Below, one piece after another: positions 18,134 to 26,360 of a DNA stretch of 64,000 bases (within the stretch, counting starts at the first letter, position 1; the number at the start of each line of letters is the position of its first letter). The position numbers and the translations under genes were made by a program. The notes beneath the pieces are model-generated. The model did no database searches, was not told where the DNA came from, and saw nothing but the letters and a program-made list of their open reading frames with translations. Source of the DNA: a virus; the IMG/VR virus record IMGVR_UViG_3300035703_000009, positions 1-64,000 of that record, one strand, 5' to 3'.

Positions 18134-18754
18134 ATGGTCGAAGAAGAACTGGAAAGTATTTCAGAGATATGTGACAGCTTACCTTTTATGCAGTCTTTTC
18201 CATTTAGAGACTATGCAATAACTTTGCAAGACACACCTGATCAGTCCACCCAAGACTTAGGCATTGATCCAATACTCATAAAAACATTCGGCCACCTCGA
18301 ACTCAGCAAGAGGGTACACTTTAGCTATGTAGAAGGCGACTCGACCATCATGGTCAGCTTTTACCTAGACGACCTAAAGTTCATCGATGTAAACCAAAAG
18401 AGGATCACCAAGCTGGACTCGGTTCGTGCAGAACTTGAACATGGGCTCGCTTCAAATGACGTTGATACTAAGATCAAGATGATTAAGAGGGGCAAGAGCT
18501 TCGTAAAGAAGTTTAAGTCTTCGATCCTAGACTCACCGTCTTTTGAGAGAATACTGATGGACCTTTGCGAGATAAAGGAGGCCCACCTGGCGACTAACGT
18601 GATGTTAGACTTGCACAAGTTGAATCCTAATGACTCACTTAAACATGGAGACTTTTCAAAAAGAGATCGTGAGACCATCGCAGCATATCTCAATTTTCAA
18701 CTGCACTATGCTAAGATTATCTTAGGAATCGTAATTGCAGCTAAAATATACTAA
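18134..18754 (+). CDS. hypothetical protein (206 aa), late-expressed
   Basis: ORF preceded by the late-promoter motif. Confidence 0.5.
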   Translation: MVEEELESISEICDSLPFMQSFPFRDYAITLQDTPDQSTQDLGIDPILIKTFGHLELSKRVHFSYVEGDSTIMVSFYLDDLKFIDVNQKRITKLDSVRAELEHGLASNDVDTKIKMIKRGKSFVKKFKSSILDSPSFERILMDLCEIKEAHLATNVMLDLHKLNPNDSLKHGDFSKRDRETIAAYLNFQLHYAKIILGIVIAAKIY

Positions 18755-19523
18755 TTACATGGCAAAAACAAGAGGACGCAGAGAAAAAGAAGAACTAGAA
18801 AATCTCGATGACTGGGACAAGAAAAACATCGCTGATCGTATGAAGGCGAGTTTTTCCCAAAAGATCGATATTAAGTGTAAGTCTAACGCACAAAAAGAAG
18901 TTCTTAATGCTATTGAACAGAATTTTATCACCATTATCACTGGTCCTCCAGGCACAGGTAAGACTTACTTATCTTGTGCAAGAGCTCTAAAATACGTAAA
19001 AGATCACAATGAACCCTATCAAAAGATAGTGTTAATTAAATCAGTTAATGTGCCAAAGGACGAGGAGATCGGTTACCTAAAAGGCACTCTCGAAGAAAAG
19101 ATGGAGATGTACATGTACCCGTTCATCTCAAACTTTCACAAGGTCATCGGCAAGACTGCAACCGAAGAGCTTAAGGCTAATGGAGTGATCGAGATCCTGC
19201 CGATCAAGTTTGCGCTTGGAGTCACTCTTGATAACTCGATCGTGCTCATCGACGAGGCTCAGCAGATTGCAAAGGATCACCTTCACACGCTCTCAACCAG
19301 AATAGGAACTAATTCTAAAATGATCTTCCTTGGGGACATCAAGCAAAAATCAGTCAATAAATCCCAAAAGAGCGCGCTGGAAATACTAATGGAACACTTT
19401 GACGGGCACGAAGGAATAGGTTCAGCGAAGCTAGGAGTCGATGACATAGTGCGCCATCCAATCATAAAAACTCTTGAGGAGATCTTCCAAAAGATAGAAG
19501 ACGCCGAGAAGCTTAATAAATAA
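18735..19523 (+). CDS. phoH: PhoH-like ATPase
   Basis: ITGPPGTGKTYLS Walker A, LIDEAQQ Walker B and a GDIKQ motif, typical of PhoH. Confidence 0.8.
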   Translation: MQLKYTNYMAKTRGRREKEELENLDDWDKKNIADRMKASFSQKIDIKCKSNAQKEVLNAIEQNFITIITGPPGTGKTYLSCARALKYVKDHNEPYQKIVLIKSVNVPKDEEIGYLKGTLEEKMEMYMYPFISNFHKVIGKTATEELKANGVIEILPIKFALGVTLDNSIVLIDEAQQIAKDHLHTLSTRIGTNSKMIFLGDIKQKSVNKSQKSALEILMEHFDGHEGIGSAKLGVDDIVRHPIIKTLEEIFQKIEDAEKLNK

Positions 19524-19527
19524 CTCT

Positions 19528-19872
19528 ATGAAAACATTCGTTCACTCTTTTAATTCTTTTTCTCTTAATGAGATGGCAATCAAGTCTCGAGAAGAAATGT
19601 ATCGCCCTGAAAAGATCGAGATCGATCTTTCTGGTCCAGAAGGCAACGCTTTCTACCTCATGGGTTTAGCTAGAAAGTTATACCGTCGAAAATATCCGGA
19701 GCAAAAGGAAGGATTTAACGTTTCTCAAAAGCTTGCCAAAAAGTTCGATCCAGAGATGGAACTAAAATCGGCTGAGGAACTTTTTATGGAGGAGATGATG
19801 AGTGGCGATTACGATCACCTATTAAAGGTGTTTGATGATGAGTTTGGAGACATGGTAACTTTATATCGATAA
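19528..19872 (+). CDS. hypothetical protein (114 aa)
   Basis: ORF with AATAAATAACT motif variant immediately upstream (19515-19525). Confidence 0.45.
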   Translation: MKTFVHSFNSFSLNEMAIKSREEMYRPEKIEIDLSGPEGNAFYLMGLARKLYRRKYPEQKEGFNVSQKLAKKFDPEMELKSAEELFMEEMMSGDYDHLLKVFDDEFGDMVTLYR

Positions 19873-19959
19873 CCACGAGAACTGGTTAAGGAGTCTTAGT
19901 ATTGAATAGTATTCTCAAATAATTTTTCATAATGTACTTAGAAGGTGTAATAGTGTGCG

Positions 19960-21573
19960 TCAATTATGCGGACTTTCTTGCGCACACACTTCCACAGATT
20001 CCTTGGAATTTAATTTAGTTAGGTCAACCTCAATCTTCGCCACCTCAAACTCCTGTTCGTGATAGATCTCTTCACGGATCTTTGCGTGCTTTTCCATGTA
20101 TCCATCGAGCAGATCAATTAGATCCCAAATGATTACCTTGTTCTTTTCGGCAAGCTTACGCATGCCTCGGCCTATAGACTGTCGAATGGTGACCTCAGCT
20201 TTAGTCGACTCTGCAAAGACGATGTGATGTACATTTTTGAGGTCTATTCCAGTAGAAAAAGTGCCGAAGCTTGCTACAATTATCACGTCATTATTGGATT
20301 CCATGATGTCCTTGAATCGATCACGGTCACTGGAGTCGACCTCGCCGTCAATGTAAAAGGTGTTTGGGTTCCACTCAAATAGTTTCTGTTGGATCTTTTT
20401 ACCATAGCCGTTCTTCACGTCAGAAAAGAGGATGAGAGTGTTTTTACTTAGCTTTCGAGTAAGCGAGTCGATAAAGTCTAGCCGTTCTTTGCTCTCAAAG
20501 ATGAATCCACGTTCAATATTAAGCATGTCACGACCATAGTCCTTAGCGCTGTTATACATGGCTTTGCCGTCCTTCTTAAGCGCCCAATACTTTTGTAAGT
20601 ATTGACTCTTGCGATCGTACTTTAGGCCGACTGCCTTTATCTTGATGTTTGGTGAGTAGCCATTGTCGATCAGGTGCTTTGCTGAAAGCACCATCACTAG
20701 CGGACCAACATTCTCTTGCACTCTAAAGAAGTCAGAGTACTGCTCGTCGATTTTTACCGTGCCAGAAAGACCAAGTCGGTACGTCCAATTGACACAAGAC
20801 AGCAGGATGTTACGAATGACGTTGCCTCTGGACTTGTGCACCTCATCGACACACACAGTATGAAATGATTGGAACATGGAGGGTTGCCAGTTCTGTAGGC
20901 TCTGGTAGGTGGAGACCACCACCTCGCTCTCGTCAAACCTCTTCTGGTCGAACTTATCTTCTCCGCCGATAGTGCAGACCTTCCACTGTCTCTTACCTAC
21001 GGAATAGAGCTCGAATTTCTCGGCTGTCTGGCCGACTAGCGAGATGTTTGGGACTATAATTAGCGACTTTTTACTGGAGTCGATCTTGCGACCGTCTCGT
21101 AAAAAAGAATTGAAGATGTAAAAGATTAAGGTCTTACCAGCAGAAGTTGCCAGCTCTTGGGTGCAGAACTTATATTTGATAGCACGGTAGGCTCCCTCGA
21201 TCTGGTAGTCTCTAGGCTTAATTAAGTTGCCATGCTCATCTAGCACTCCATCAAGGAGCTTATTAACGTACTCTAGGTAACGCTCTCTAGGTAAGTTTAG
21301 GTTGAGTAGAGCGTCGATTCCATCGATCTCACAGTCGTAACCATATCGATTGGCACAGTTGTAGACTTCTTTCCACAGGCCGACTGCGATGCGACCCTCT
21401 TTGGTGATGAACTTGTCCTTTCCGTCCCAGATTCCTCTGTCAACTAGAGGATTAAAGTCTCCCTTCTTTGACTTGCGCTTAAAAAAATTGAATAGGTCAT
21501 TGCGCTCAGAATTGAGGTCAAAATCGACTAGAGATATGAAACGTAGGTCGTCGGTTAGCTTAAACTTGAGCAA
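19960..21573 (-). CDS. uvsW: UvsW-like SF2 DNA helicase
   Basis: RDYQ, TSAGKT (motif I) and CVDEVHKS (motif II). The C-terminal VIIVASFGTFSTGIDLKNVHHIVFAEST...QSIGRGMRK is near-collinear with T4 UvsW IIIVASYGVFSTGISVKNLHHVVLAHG...QTIGRVLRK. Confidence 0.8.
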   Translation of the reverse strand: MLKFKLTDDLRFISLVDFDLNSERNDLFNFFKRKSKKGDFNPLVDRGIWDGKDKFITKEGRIAVGLWKEVYNCANRYGYDCEIDGIDALLNLNLPRERYLEYVNKLLDGVLDEHGNLIKPRDYQIEGAYRAIKYKFCTQELATSAGKTLIFYIFNSFLRDGRKIDSSKKSLIIVPNISLVGQTAEKFELYSVGKRQWKVCTIGGEDKFDQKRFDESEVVVSTYQSLQNWQPSMFQSFHTVCVDEVHKSRGNVIRNILLSCVNWTYRLGLSGTVKIDEQYSDFFRVQENVGPLVMVLSAKHLIDNGYSPNIKIKAVGLKYDRKSQYLQKYWALKKDGKAMYNSAKDYGRDMLNIERGFIFESKERLDFIDSLTRKLSKNTLILFSDVKNGYGKKIQQKLFEWNPNTFYIDGEVDSSDRDRFKDIMESNNDVIIVASFGTFSTGIDLKNVHHIVFAESTKAEVTIRQSIGRGMRKLAEKNKVIIWDLIDLLDGYMEKHAKIREEIYHEQEFEVAKIEVDLTKLNSKESVEVCAQESPHN

Positions 21574-21588
21574 TCATCATAGATTATT

Positions 21589-22035
21589 TTACAAGCCAAG
21601 CGTCTTTTCGATGTCGAGGCGAGTCTTGATGCCAAAGATCACATTATCGATTGTTTTGATCGACTCGGTGAAAAAAGAGACCTGGTTCTCAAATATCTCA
21701 AGGAATTCCTTGGTCGCAGAAGTCTTTCCGTCGATCACCATGTTCTTTTCGTTGGCTTGATAACGCAGGGCTAGATTTCTGGAAAGTGTTTCCATTTCAG
21801 CTGCCTTTTCTTCTCGCATCTTCTTACGTAGGGAGGTCAAGTGTTCAAGTAGGGAGTGATTGTCCTCTAAAAGCTGCTGACGTAGTGATAGCATGTTCAC
21901 TTGAGCGTCCTTTAGCGTCTTAAGGTTAGATAACTTTTCTATATTTGCGTAAATTGAGCTAGAAACTTCCTTTCTACGTGCTTCGAACTTCTTTGAGATG
22001 CGGTCTTTGGTCGTTTCTTGGTCTTTTTCTTCCAT
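21589..22035 (-). CDS. coiled-coil protein, possible UvsY-like recombination mediator
   Basis: 148 aa, sits directly upstream of uvsW in the position UvsY holds in T4-like genomes. Sequence similarity is weak. Confidence 0.3.
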   Translation of the reverse strand: MEEKDQETTKDRISKKFEARRKEVSSSIYANIEKLSNLKTLKDAQVNMLSLRQQLLEDNHSLLEHLTSLRKKMREEKAAEMETLSRNLALRYQANEKNMVIDGKTSATKEFLEIFENQVSFFTESIKTIDNVIFGIKTRLDIEKTLGL

Positions 22036-22076
22036 ACAGTGAAATTTACCTTTTATACTAAAACTGGAGCTAAAGT

Positions 22077-22562
22077 TTAACCCTGAAAGTCGTAGAATTT
22101 ATAGCAAGTGGAACCTACTCTAAAGTATTCATCATTCTCAAAGTCCATTGGTTCTATCGTGGAAATGATTTCGTTGCCTAGTTCCACTGAACTGCCGTCT
22201 GGTGAGTACATTTTTGCAGTATCAACGTTGGCTTGACCCGCAATGATTAGCTTGAGGTCATACTTTTCGTAAAGACGATGTGCGGTATCCGAATAGTCTA
22301 CGTCTGAATTAAGGATGATGAAAACTGACGGGTATTTGATCTTTTTACCTTCCTTGTCAAGGGTAGCGACCTGCTTGATGATGTTTTCTTGAGCTTTATT
22401 TTCCTCTAAGTAGCTTAAATAACTGCTCCTGGTCCTAAATACTAGGATGGCAAACGGTCTTTTCATTTGCAAGGTGTCGCGGACCTCAGTCCAAGTCGGA
22501 GAAGGAGTCTCTTGCTGTTCATTAAGATAATGCTGGAAGGTTTTTAGCTTTTTTTGAGCCAC
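22077..22562 (-). CDS. hypothetical protein (161 aa, GTG start), late-expressed
   Basis: Late-promoter motif lies 10 nt upstream on the minus strand. Confidence 0.5.
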   Translation of the reverse strand: MAQKKLKTFQHYLNEQQETPSPTWTEVRDTLQMKRPFAILVFRTRSSYLSYLEENKAQENIIKQVATLDKEGKKIKYPSVFIILNSDVDYSDTAHRLYEKYDLKLIIAGQANVDTAKMYSPDGSSVELGNEIISTIEPMDFENDEYFRVGSTCYKFYDFQG

Positions 22563-22572
22563 TTGGACGAAA

Positions 22573-22588
22573 CTTTTTATTATTTATC
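22573..22588 (-). promoter_or_regulatory. T4-late-like promoter motif (reverse-complement GATAAATAATAAAAAG)
   Basis: Exact 14-mer in minus orientation upstream of the start at 22562. Confidence 0.55.
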
Positions 22589-22624
22589 AATACAAGATAC
22601 TGAAATCTAATTAAGAAATTTAAC

Positions 22625-23185
22625 ATGATTACTCAACTTGACATATATGACTTTGACGAGACGTTAGTCAGAGCTCCAAGCTATACAAACAAAAAAACAG
22701 TAGAAAGAGCTCATCCTGAGCATAATTTTGACACGCCGTATGCCTTTTACGATCACTCAAAGTCCCTGTGTGAGGACTTACACCACATACAGCTCATTGC
22801 ACCAGTATATGAGTGTTGGGGTCAGGCAAACCAAAACCCATCGGCAATCACAGCATTGGTCACGCACAGAGTAGAAAGCCTAGCGGATGAAGTAAAGGAC
22901 GTGTTGAACAGACGTGGCGTATCAATGGACTACTACTTCTTTTATGGAAGGGCTATCCCAAAGTTCAAAGCGATTGAGGAACTGCTCGAAAGGTTTCCAA
23001 ACATCAAGAAAGTAAGGATATTTGATGACTCATACGAACAGATCGACATCTACTTGACATACATTAACATCATCAAAGAAATAGACCATGACATTGAATA
23101 TGAGTTGTGGGCAGTAGACAAGACCAAGATATTTAAAGTAAACTCGCTAAACATTAGCGAACCTAAACGTATAAGTCTGATATGA
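22625..23185 (+). CDS. HAD-superfamily phosphatase, T4 Pnkp 3'-phosphatase-domain-like
   Basis: LDIYDFDETL (DxDxT motif I) and KVRIFDDSYEQIDIY resemble T4 Pnkp KAVIFDVDGTL / KLAIDDRTQVVEMW. Confidence 0.5.
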   Translation: MITQLDIYDFDETLVRAPSYTNKKTVERAHPEHNFDTPYAFYDHSKSLCEDLHHIQLIAPVYECWGQANQNPSAITALVTHRVESLADEVKDVLNRRGVSMDYYFFYGRAIPKFKAIEELLERFPNIKKVRIFDDSYEQIDIYLTYINIIKEIDHDIEYELWAVDKTKIFKVNSLNISEPKRISLI

Positions 23186-23778
23186 TAGTGATGATAGAAG
23201 GCCCACGTAACGTCGGCAAGACCACACTTATGTCCTCTTTTCTTGAAAAGAACAAGGATTCTAACGTGATCTATTACAAGTTTCTCTTTGCAAAGTACAT
23301 CGATCAGTTTAACATGCGAGACCAGGAATCTGGACCAGGCATGCACTACTTTAGCTTAGGCAACATACTTAGCATCTTTGAGCTTAATCAGACTCTATTT
23401 AAAGACAAGATCATCTTATTTGACCGATGCATCCACTCAGCCTATGTCTGGGCGATCTATCGAGAAAGGTTAGGTCGTGAAAAGTTGTTGGCTGAATACT
23501 CAAAGATACTCAACAGTGAGCTCTACACCGATTGCTCTACCTTTTACATCAATCGTCGAGAATCTATCAAGACTAAAACTAGAGGAAAGGACTTATTTGA
23601 TAACTTTGAAAGTCATGATAAAGAGTTGGCCCTGTTTGAAGAGCTGCTCGACTTAAACATGAAACCCGTCTCAGACGCCAATAGAGGAAATCACTTTGTG
23701 AAGTTCATCAATGATTTTAACGATGAAAGCATTAGAGATTTCAACTACGTACTTGGTGACTTGATAAAGAGAGGGTAG
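23182..23778 (+). CDS. P-loop kinase, candidate polynucleotide 5'-kinase (Pnkp kinase-domain-like)
   Basis: IVMIEGPRNVGKTTL Walker A. About 198 aa. Start overlaps the upstream HAD gene (ATGA). Confidence 0.4.
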   Translation: MIVMIEGPRNVGKTTLMSSFLEKNKDSNVIYYKFLFAKYIDQFNMRDQESGPGMHYFSLGNILSIFELNQTLFKDKIILFDRCIHSAYVWAIYRERLGREKLLAEYSKILNSELYTDCSTFYINRRESIKTKTRGKDLFDNFESHDKELALFEELLDLNMKPVSDANRGNHFVKFINDFNDESIRDFNYVLGDLIKRG

Positions 23779-23786
23779 TTTGCCTT

Positions 23787-23802
23787 AATAAATAATAAAA
23801 AA
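23787..23802 (+). promoter_or_regulatory. T4-late-like promoter motif AATAAATAATAAAAAA
   Basis: Exact 14-mer, 10 nt upstream of the ATG at 23813. An extended 20-mer CCTTAATAAATAATAAAAAA recurs at 52846. Confidence 0.55.
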
Positions 23803-23812
23803 CCAAGTAAGG

Positions 23813-24382
23813 ATGCGTAAAGAACTTAGATCCTTTGACCAATATTTAGTCGAACAAGCGGAGACAGCAGTCGCTAACCGTCCGTTAAAAGGATATACTG
23901 CCGAACAAATGATCACCAGGATCGGAGAACTAATGGAAGTTCTATCTGATGACATTCGATTTGGAGTTCCATCTGACACTCTTGGTAGAGTCACTACTTA
24001 TCGTGATGCAAACGGTGCCATCCAAAAGATCCAAGACATGCAGCACTACTATTCAAGCAAGGGCGAAGAAGTTCGCTTCTATGCATGGTCAATCAGTTAT
24101 TCAGGTAGCTGGAAGGCGACCAAGAATCTAAAGAGTAAAATCGAGGCTGCTGGAGGGTTTGGAGAAGAGAAGCTAAATATGAATCTTAAAAAGATCATAG
24201 ACTACTTTACTGAGAACGCAGAGGACTCCGACAACGTTCGTAGCATATCGATCAGCATGGACGCAGAGAGCATTCGCAAGGCCATGCAAAAGCCTGCTGA
24301 AAAACCAGAAGCCGCTGAGACTCCAGCGCCGACTGAAACCGCTAAATCTGAAGAAAAACCAGCTGAAACACCGGCTGAATAA
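23813..24382 (+). CDS. hypothetical protein (189 aa) with Pro/Glu/Ala/Thr-rich tail, late-expressed
   Basis: Late-promoter motif upstream. C-terminal PAEKPEAAETPAPTETAKSEEKPAETPAE. Confidence 0.5.
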   Translation: MRKELRSFDQYLVEQAETAVANRPLKGYTAEQMITRIGELMEVLSDDIRFGVPSDTLGRVTTYRDANGAIQKIQDMQHYYSSKGEEVRFYAWSISYSGSWKATKNLKSKIEAAGGFGEEKLNMNLKKIIDYFTENAEDSDNVRSISISMDAESIRKAMQKPAEKPEAAETPAPTETAKSEEKPAETPAE

Positions 24383-24385
24383 TCT

Positions 24386-26296
24386 ATGGCAGGAATAAAC
24401 AACTTACGAGAAATACGCGACAAGCGCGGGGATGACTTTTTAAATGGCATGATGAATAATTACGTCATCATCAATGAGAAGGTCGATGGCACATTCTTTG
24501 GAGTAAAAAAGACTAAAGGAGACCTATTTAAGTACTTCAAGAAATCGGGAGAGATCAGCTATGTCGATCGAGTGCTGATGAAGTACTACAACCACGTGAT
24601 CGCATATTTTGAGTCGATTCCTCTCGAGAAGAGGCAACGTATTCCAACAAATTTCTTTTTTGGATTCGAGTACTTGACCAAACGTGACGCAGCGGCAAGC
24701 CGATACTCAAGGATGCCAAAGAATGGCTTGGTTCTTTCCTACATCCATAAGTTAGATGATGCTGGAAACGTCATTGCTACAGTTCAAACAAAAGAACATC
24801 TTGATAGATGGGCGGACTATCTAGGAGTAGAGAGACCGCCGATAATCTTTGAAGGCAAGCTCGACGACGAACAAAGAGCCGAGATACTTGAGTTCGTCTA
24901 TGCACCAAACGATAAGTTATACGAAAAATTCAAGACCAAGTCCTTTACCAAGTACATCATCTCGGTTCTAAACAAGGATTATGAGTCGGCCTTCTTAAAG
25001 AACTCTAAGGAAGCTGGAATCGAAGGAATCATTTTTAGGTTCTATGATCAGAACTCTGAAAACCCAGAAGCAAACGTCTTCCTAGCAAAGTTGATAGATC
25101 CGCTATTTCAAGCAAAGGTAAAAGAAGGCGAGCCTGCTCGTAAGAATTCCTCGCAAGACTATATCTGGCTGATCGTCATCGACCTAATGAACCACTTTGA
25201 GATGTATGACCTTTCCGCATTAAAGGAAATGGCAAGCACACCAGGATCCTTTGAAGAAAAGTACGTGCAAATCATCAATTCCATATTTAAAGACTTTATT
25301 AAACAATACGCTGGCAAGTATGCAGGTCTGCATCTAGAGGTTCCAGAATACTTAAATCGACCTGAGTTCAACCTTGATTTTAGCCTAATCCAGGATCCAG
25401 AAGTAAAGAAGTTGGTCGAATCCAGCGAGACCTATGCTGAGATCTATAAGATCTTGCTCAACTTTTTCAGAAAGGCTCGTAAGAAATCGACTTCGGGTTT
25501 CTTCACCAACGAGTTACTGACTCAACTCAACCTCATCGTCGCAAAGATTCGTAACGTGATCATGGGAGACGAGGTGTATGAGGGACTCTTCCCAAGCTTT
25601 AGCGAGTTTGTGGGATCAGCAAACGATGAGTACATGCTGAGCGAGAAAGAAGTCGCTGAGCGCAATAGCAAAAAAGTCGAGGCTAATGAGGTCAATGTTC
25701 TAATTGGAAGCTTTCAGCCAGTGACGATGGGTCACATCAAAGCGGCAAAGAAGCTAAAGGAAAAGAACGGGTTACCGTGCGTCTTTGTTGCGATAAAGCC
25801 TCAATCGCCCACCGCAAAGTCACCTTTTTCTCCACGCTTAACTAAAGCACTATTAGACAAGGTGCAACAGGAGTTTAACGACCTGATAGTCGACGTCAAG
25901 ATAGTCGACTCTGGCCAGATTGAGGATGTAGTAGGCACATTGACTCCAAACTATGAACCTGCTCTTTGGGGAACAACTGAGCGTCGTCTTAAGGACTTTG
26001 CTCTGCAATTAGATTACATCAAAAAAAGAAACATTCCAATAAGGCTCTCTTCGAACCTAAAGTTGACTGAATTACCAGTCTACGTTAGATCAGAAGAAGT
26101 TATTGCTGCCATAAAGAGCTCAGACTTTGCTGAATTCAAAAAGCTAGTGCCAATATCTGTCGCATCAGAGTTCTTTAACTTACAAAAAGAGCTCGGATCG
26201 AAGATTGATGAAGCGACTAATTCAATGCAGAAGATATTTGAATCCGCAGAGATCTCGATTGAGATCGAGGATCCAAAGCTAAAGGAATCGGACTAA
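24386..26296 (+). CDS. RNA ligase (Rnl2-like nucleotidyltransferase) fused to a C-terminal HxGH nucleotidyltransferase-like (NMNAT/cytidylyltransferase-fold) domain
   Basis: N-terminal EKVDGTFFG (motif I KxDG), EGIIFRF (motif IV) and FLAKLIDP (motif V). The C-terminal 200 aa carries VLIGSFQPVTMGHIKAAKKL (a GxFxPxHxGH-like motif) and an SxxxIR-like segment. Confidence 0.55.
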   Translation: MAGINNLREIRDKRGDDFLNGMMNNYVIINEKVDGTFFGVKKTKGDLFKYFKKSGEISYVDRVLMKYYNHVIAYFESIPLEKRQRIPTNFFFGFEYLTKRDAAASRYSRMPKNGLVLSYIHKLDDAGNVIATVQTKEHLDRWADYLGVERPPIIFEGKLDDEQRAEILEFVYAPNDKLYEKFKTKSFTKYIISVLNKDYESAFLKNSKEAGIEGIIFRFYDQNSENPEANVFLAKLIDPLFQAKVKEGEPARKNSSQDYIWLIVIDLMNHFEMYDLSALKEMASTPGSFEEKYVQIINSIFKDFIKQYAGKYAGLHLEVPEYLNRPEFNLDFSLIQDPEVKKLVESSETYAEIYKILLNFFRKARKKSTSGFFTNELLTQLNLIVAKIRNVIMGDEVYEGLFPSFSEFVGSANDEYMLSEKEVAERNSKKVEANEVNVLIGSFQPVTMGHIKAAKKLKEKNGLPCVFVAIKPQSPTAKSPFSPRLTKALLDKVQQEFNDLIVDVKIVDSGQIEDVVGTLTPNYEPALWGTTERRLKDFALQLDYIKKRNIPIRLSSNLKLTELPVYVRSEEVIAAIKSSDFAEFKKLVPISVASEFFNLQKELGSKIDEATNSMQKIFESAEISIEIEDPKLKESD

Positions 26297-26360
26297 ATTA
26301 AAACCTTTTATCAAAAAAGGATATAATATTGGTAAGCAAAAAAAAGCTTTACTCGACCGA

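Noticed and set aside
19873-19959. Possible bidirectional terminator between convergent genes 19528..19872 and 19960..21573
   Set aside because: Only an imperfect palindrome (agtattgaatagtattc) was found, with a weak T-run. Not convincing as a stable hairpin.
26297-26360. Short hairpin ccttttatcaaaaaagg plus TATAAT-like box upstream of 26361
   Set aside because: The stem is only 6 bp of A/T-rich pairing and no T-run follows. It could be a weak early promoter or terminator but cannot be supported from sequence alone.
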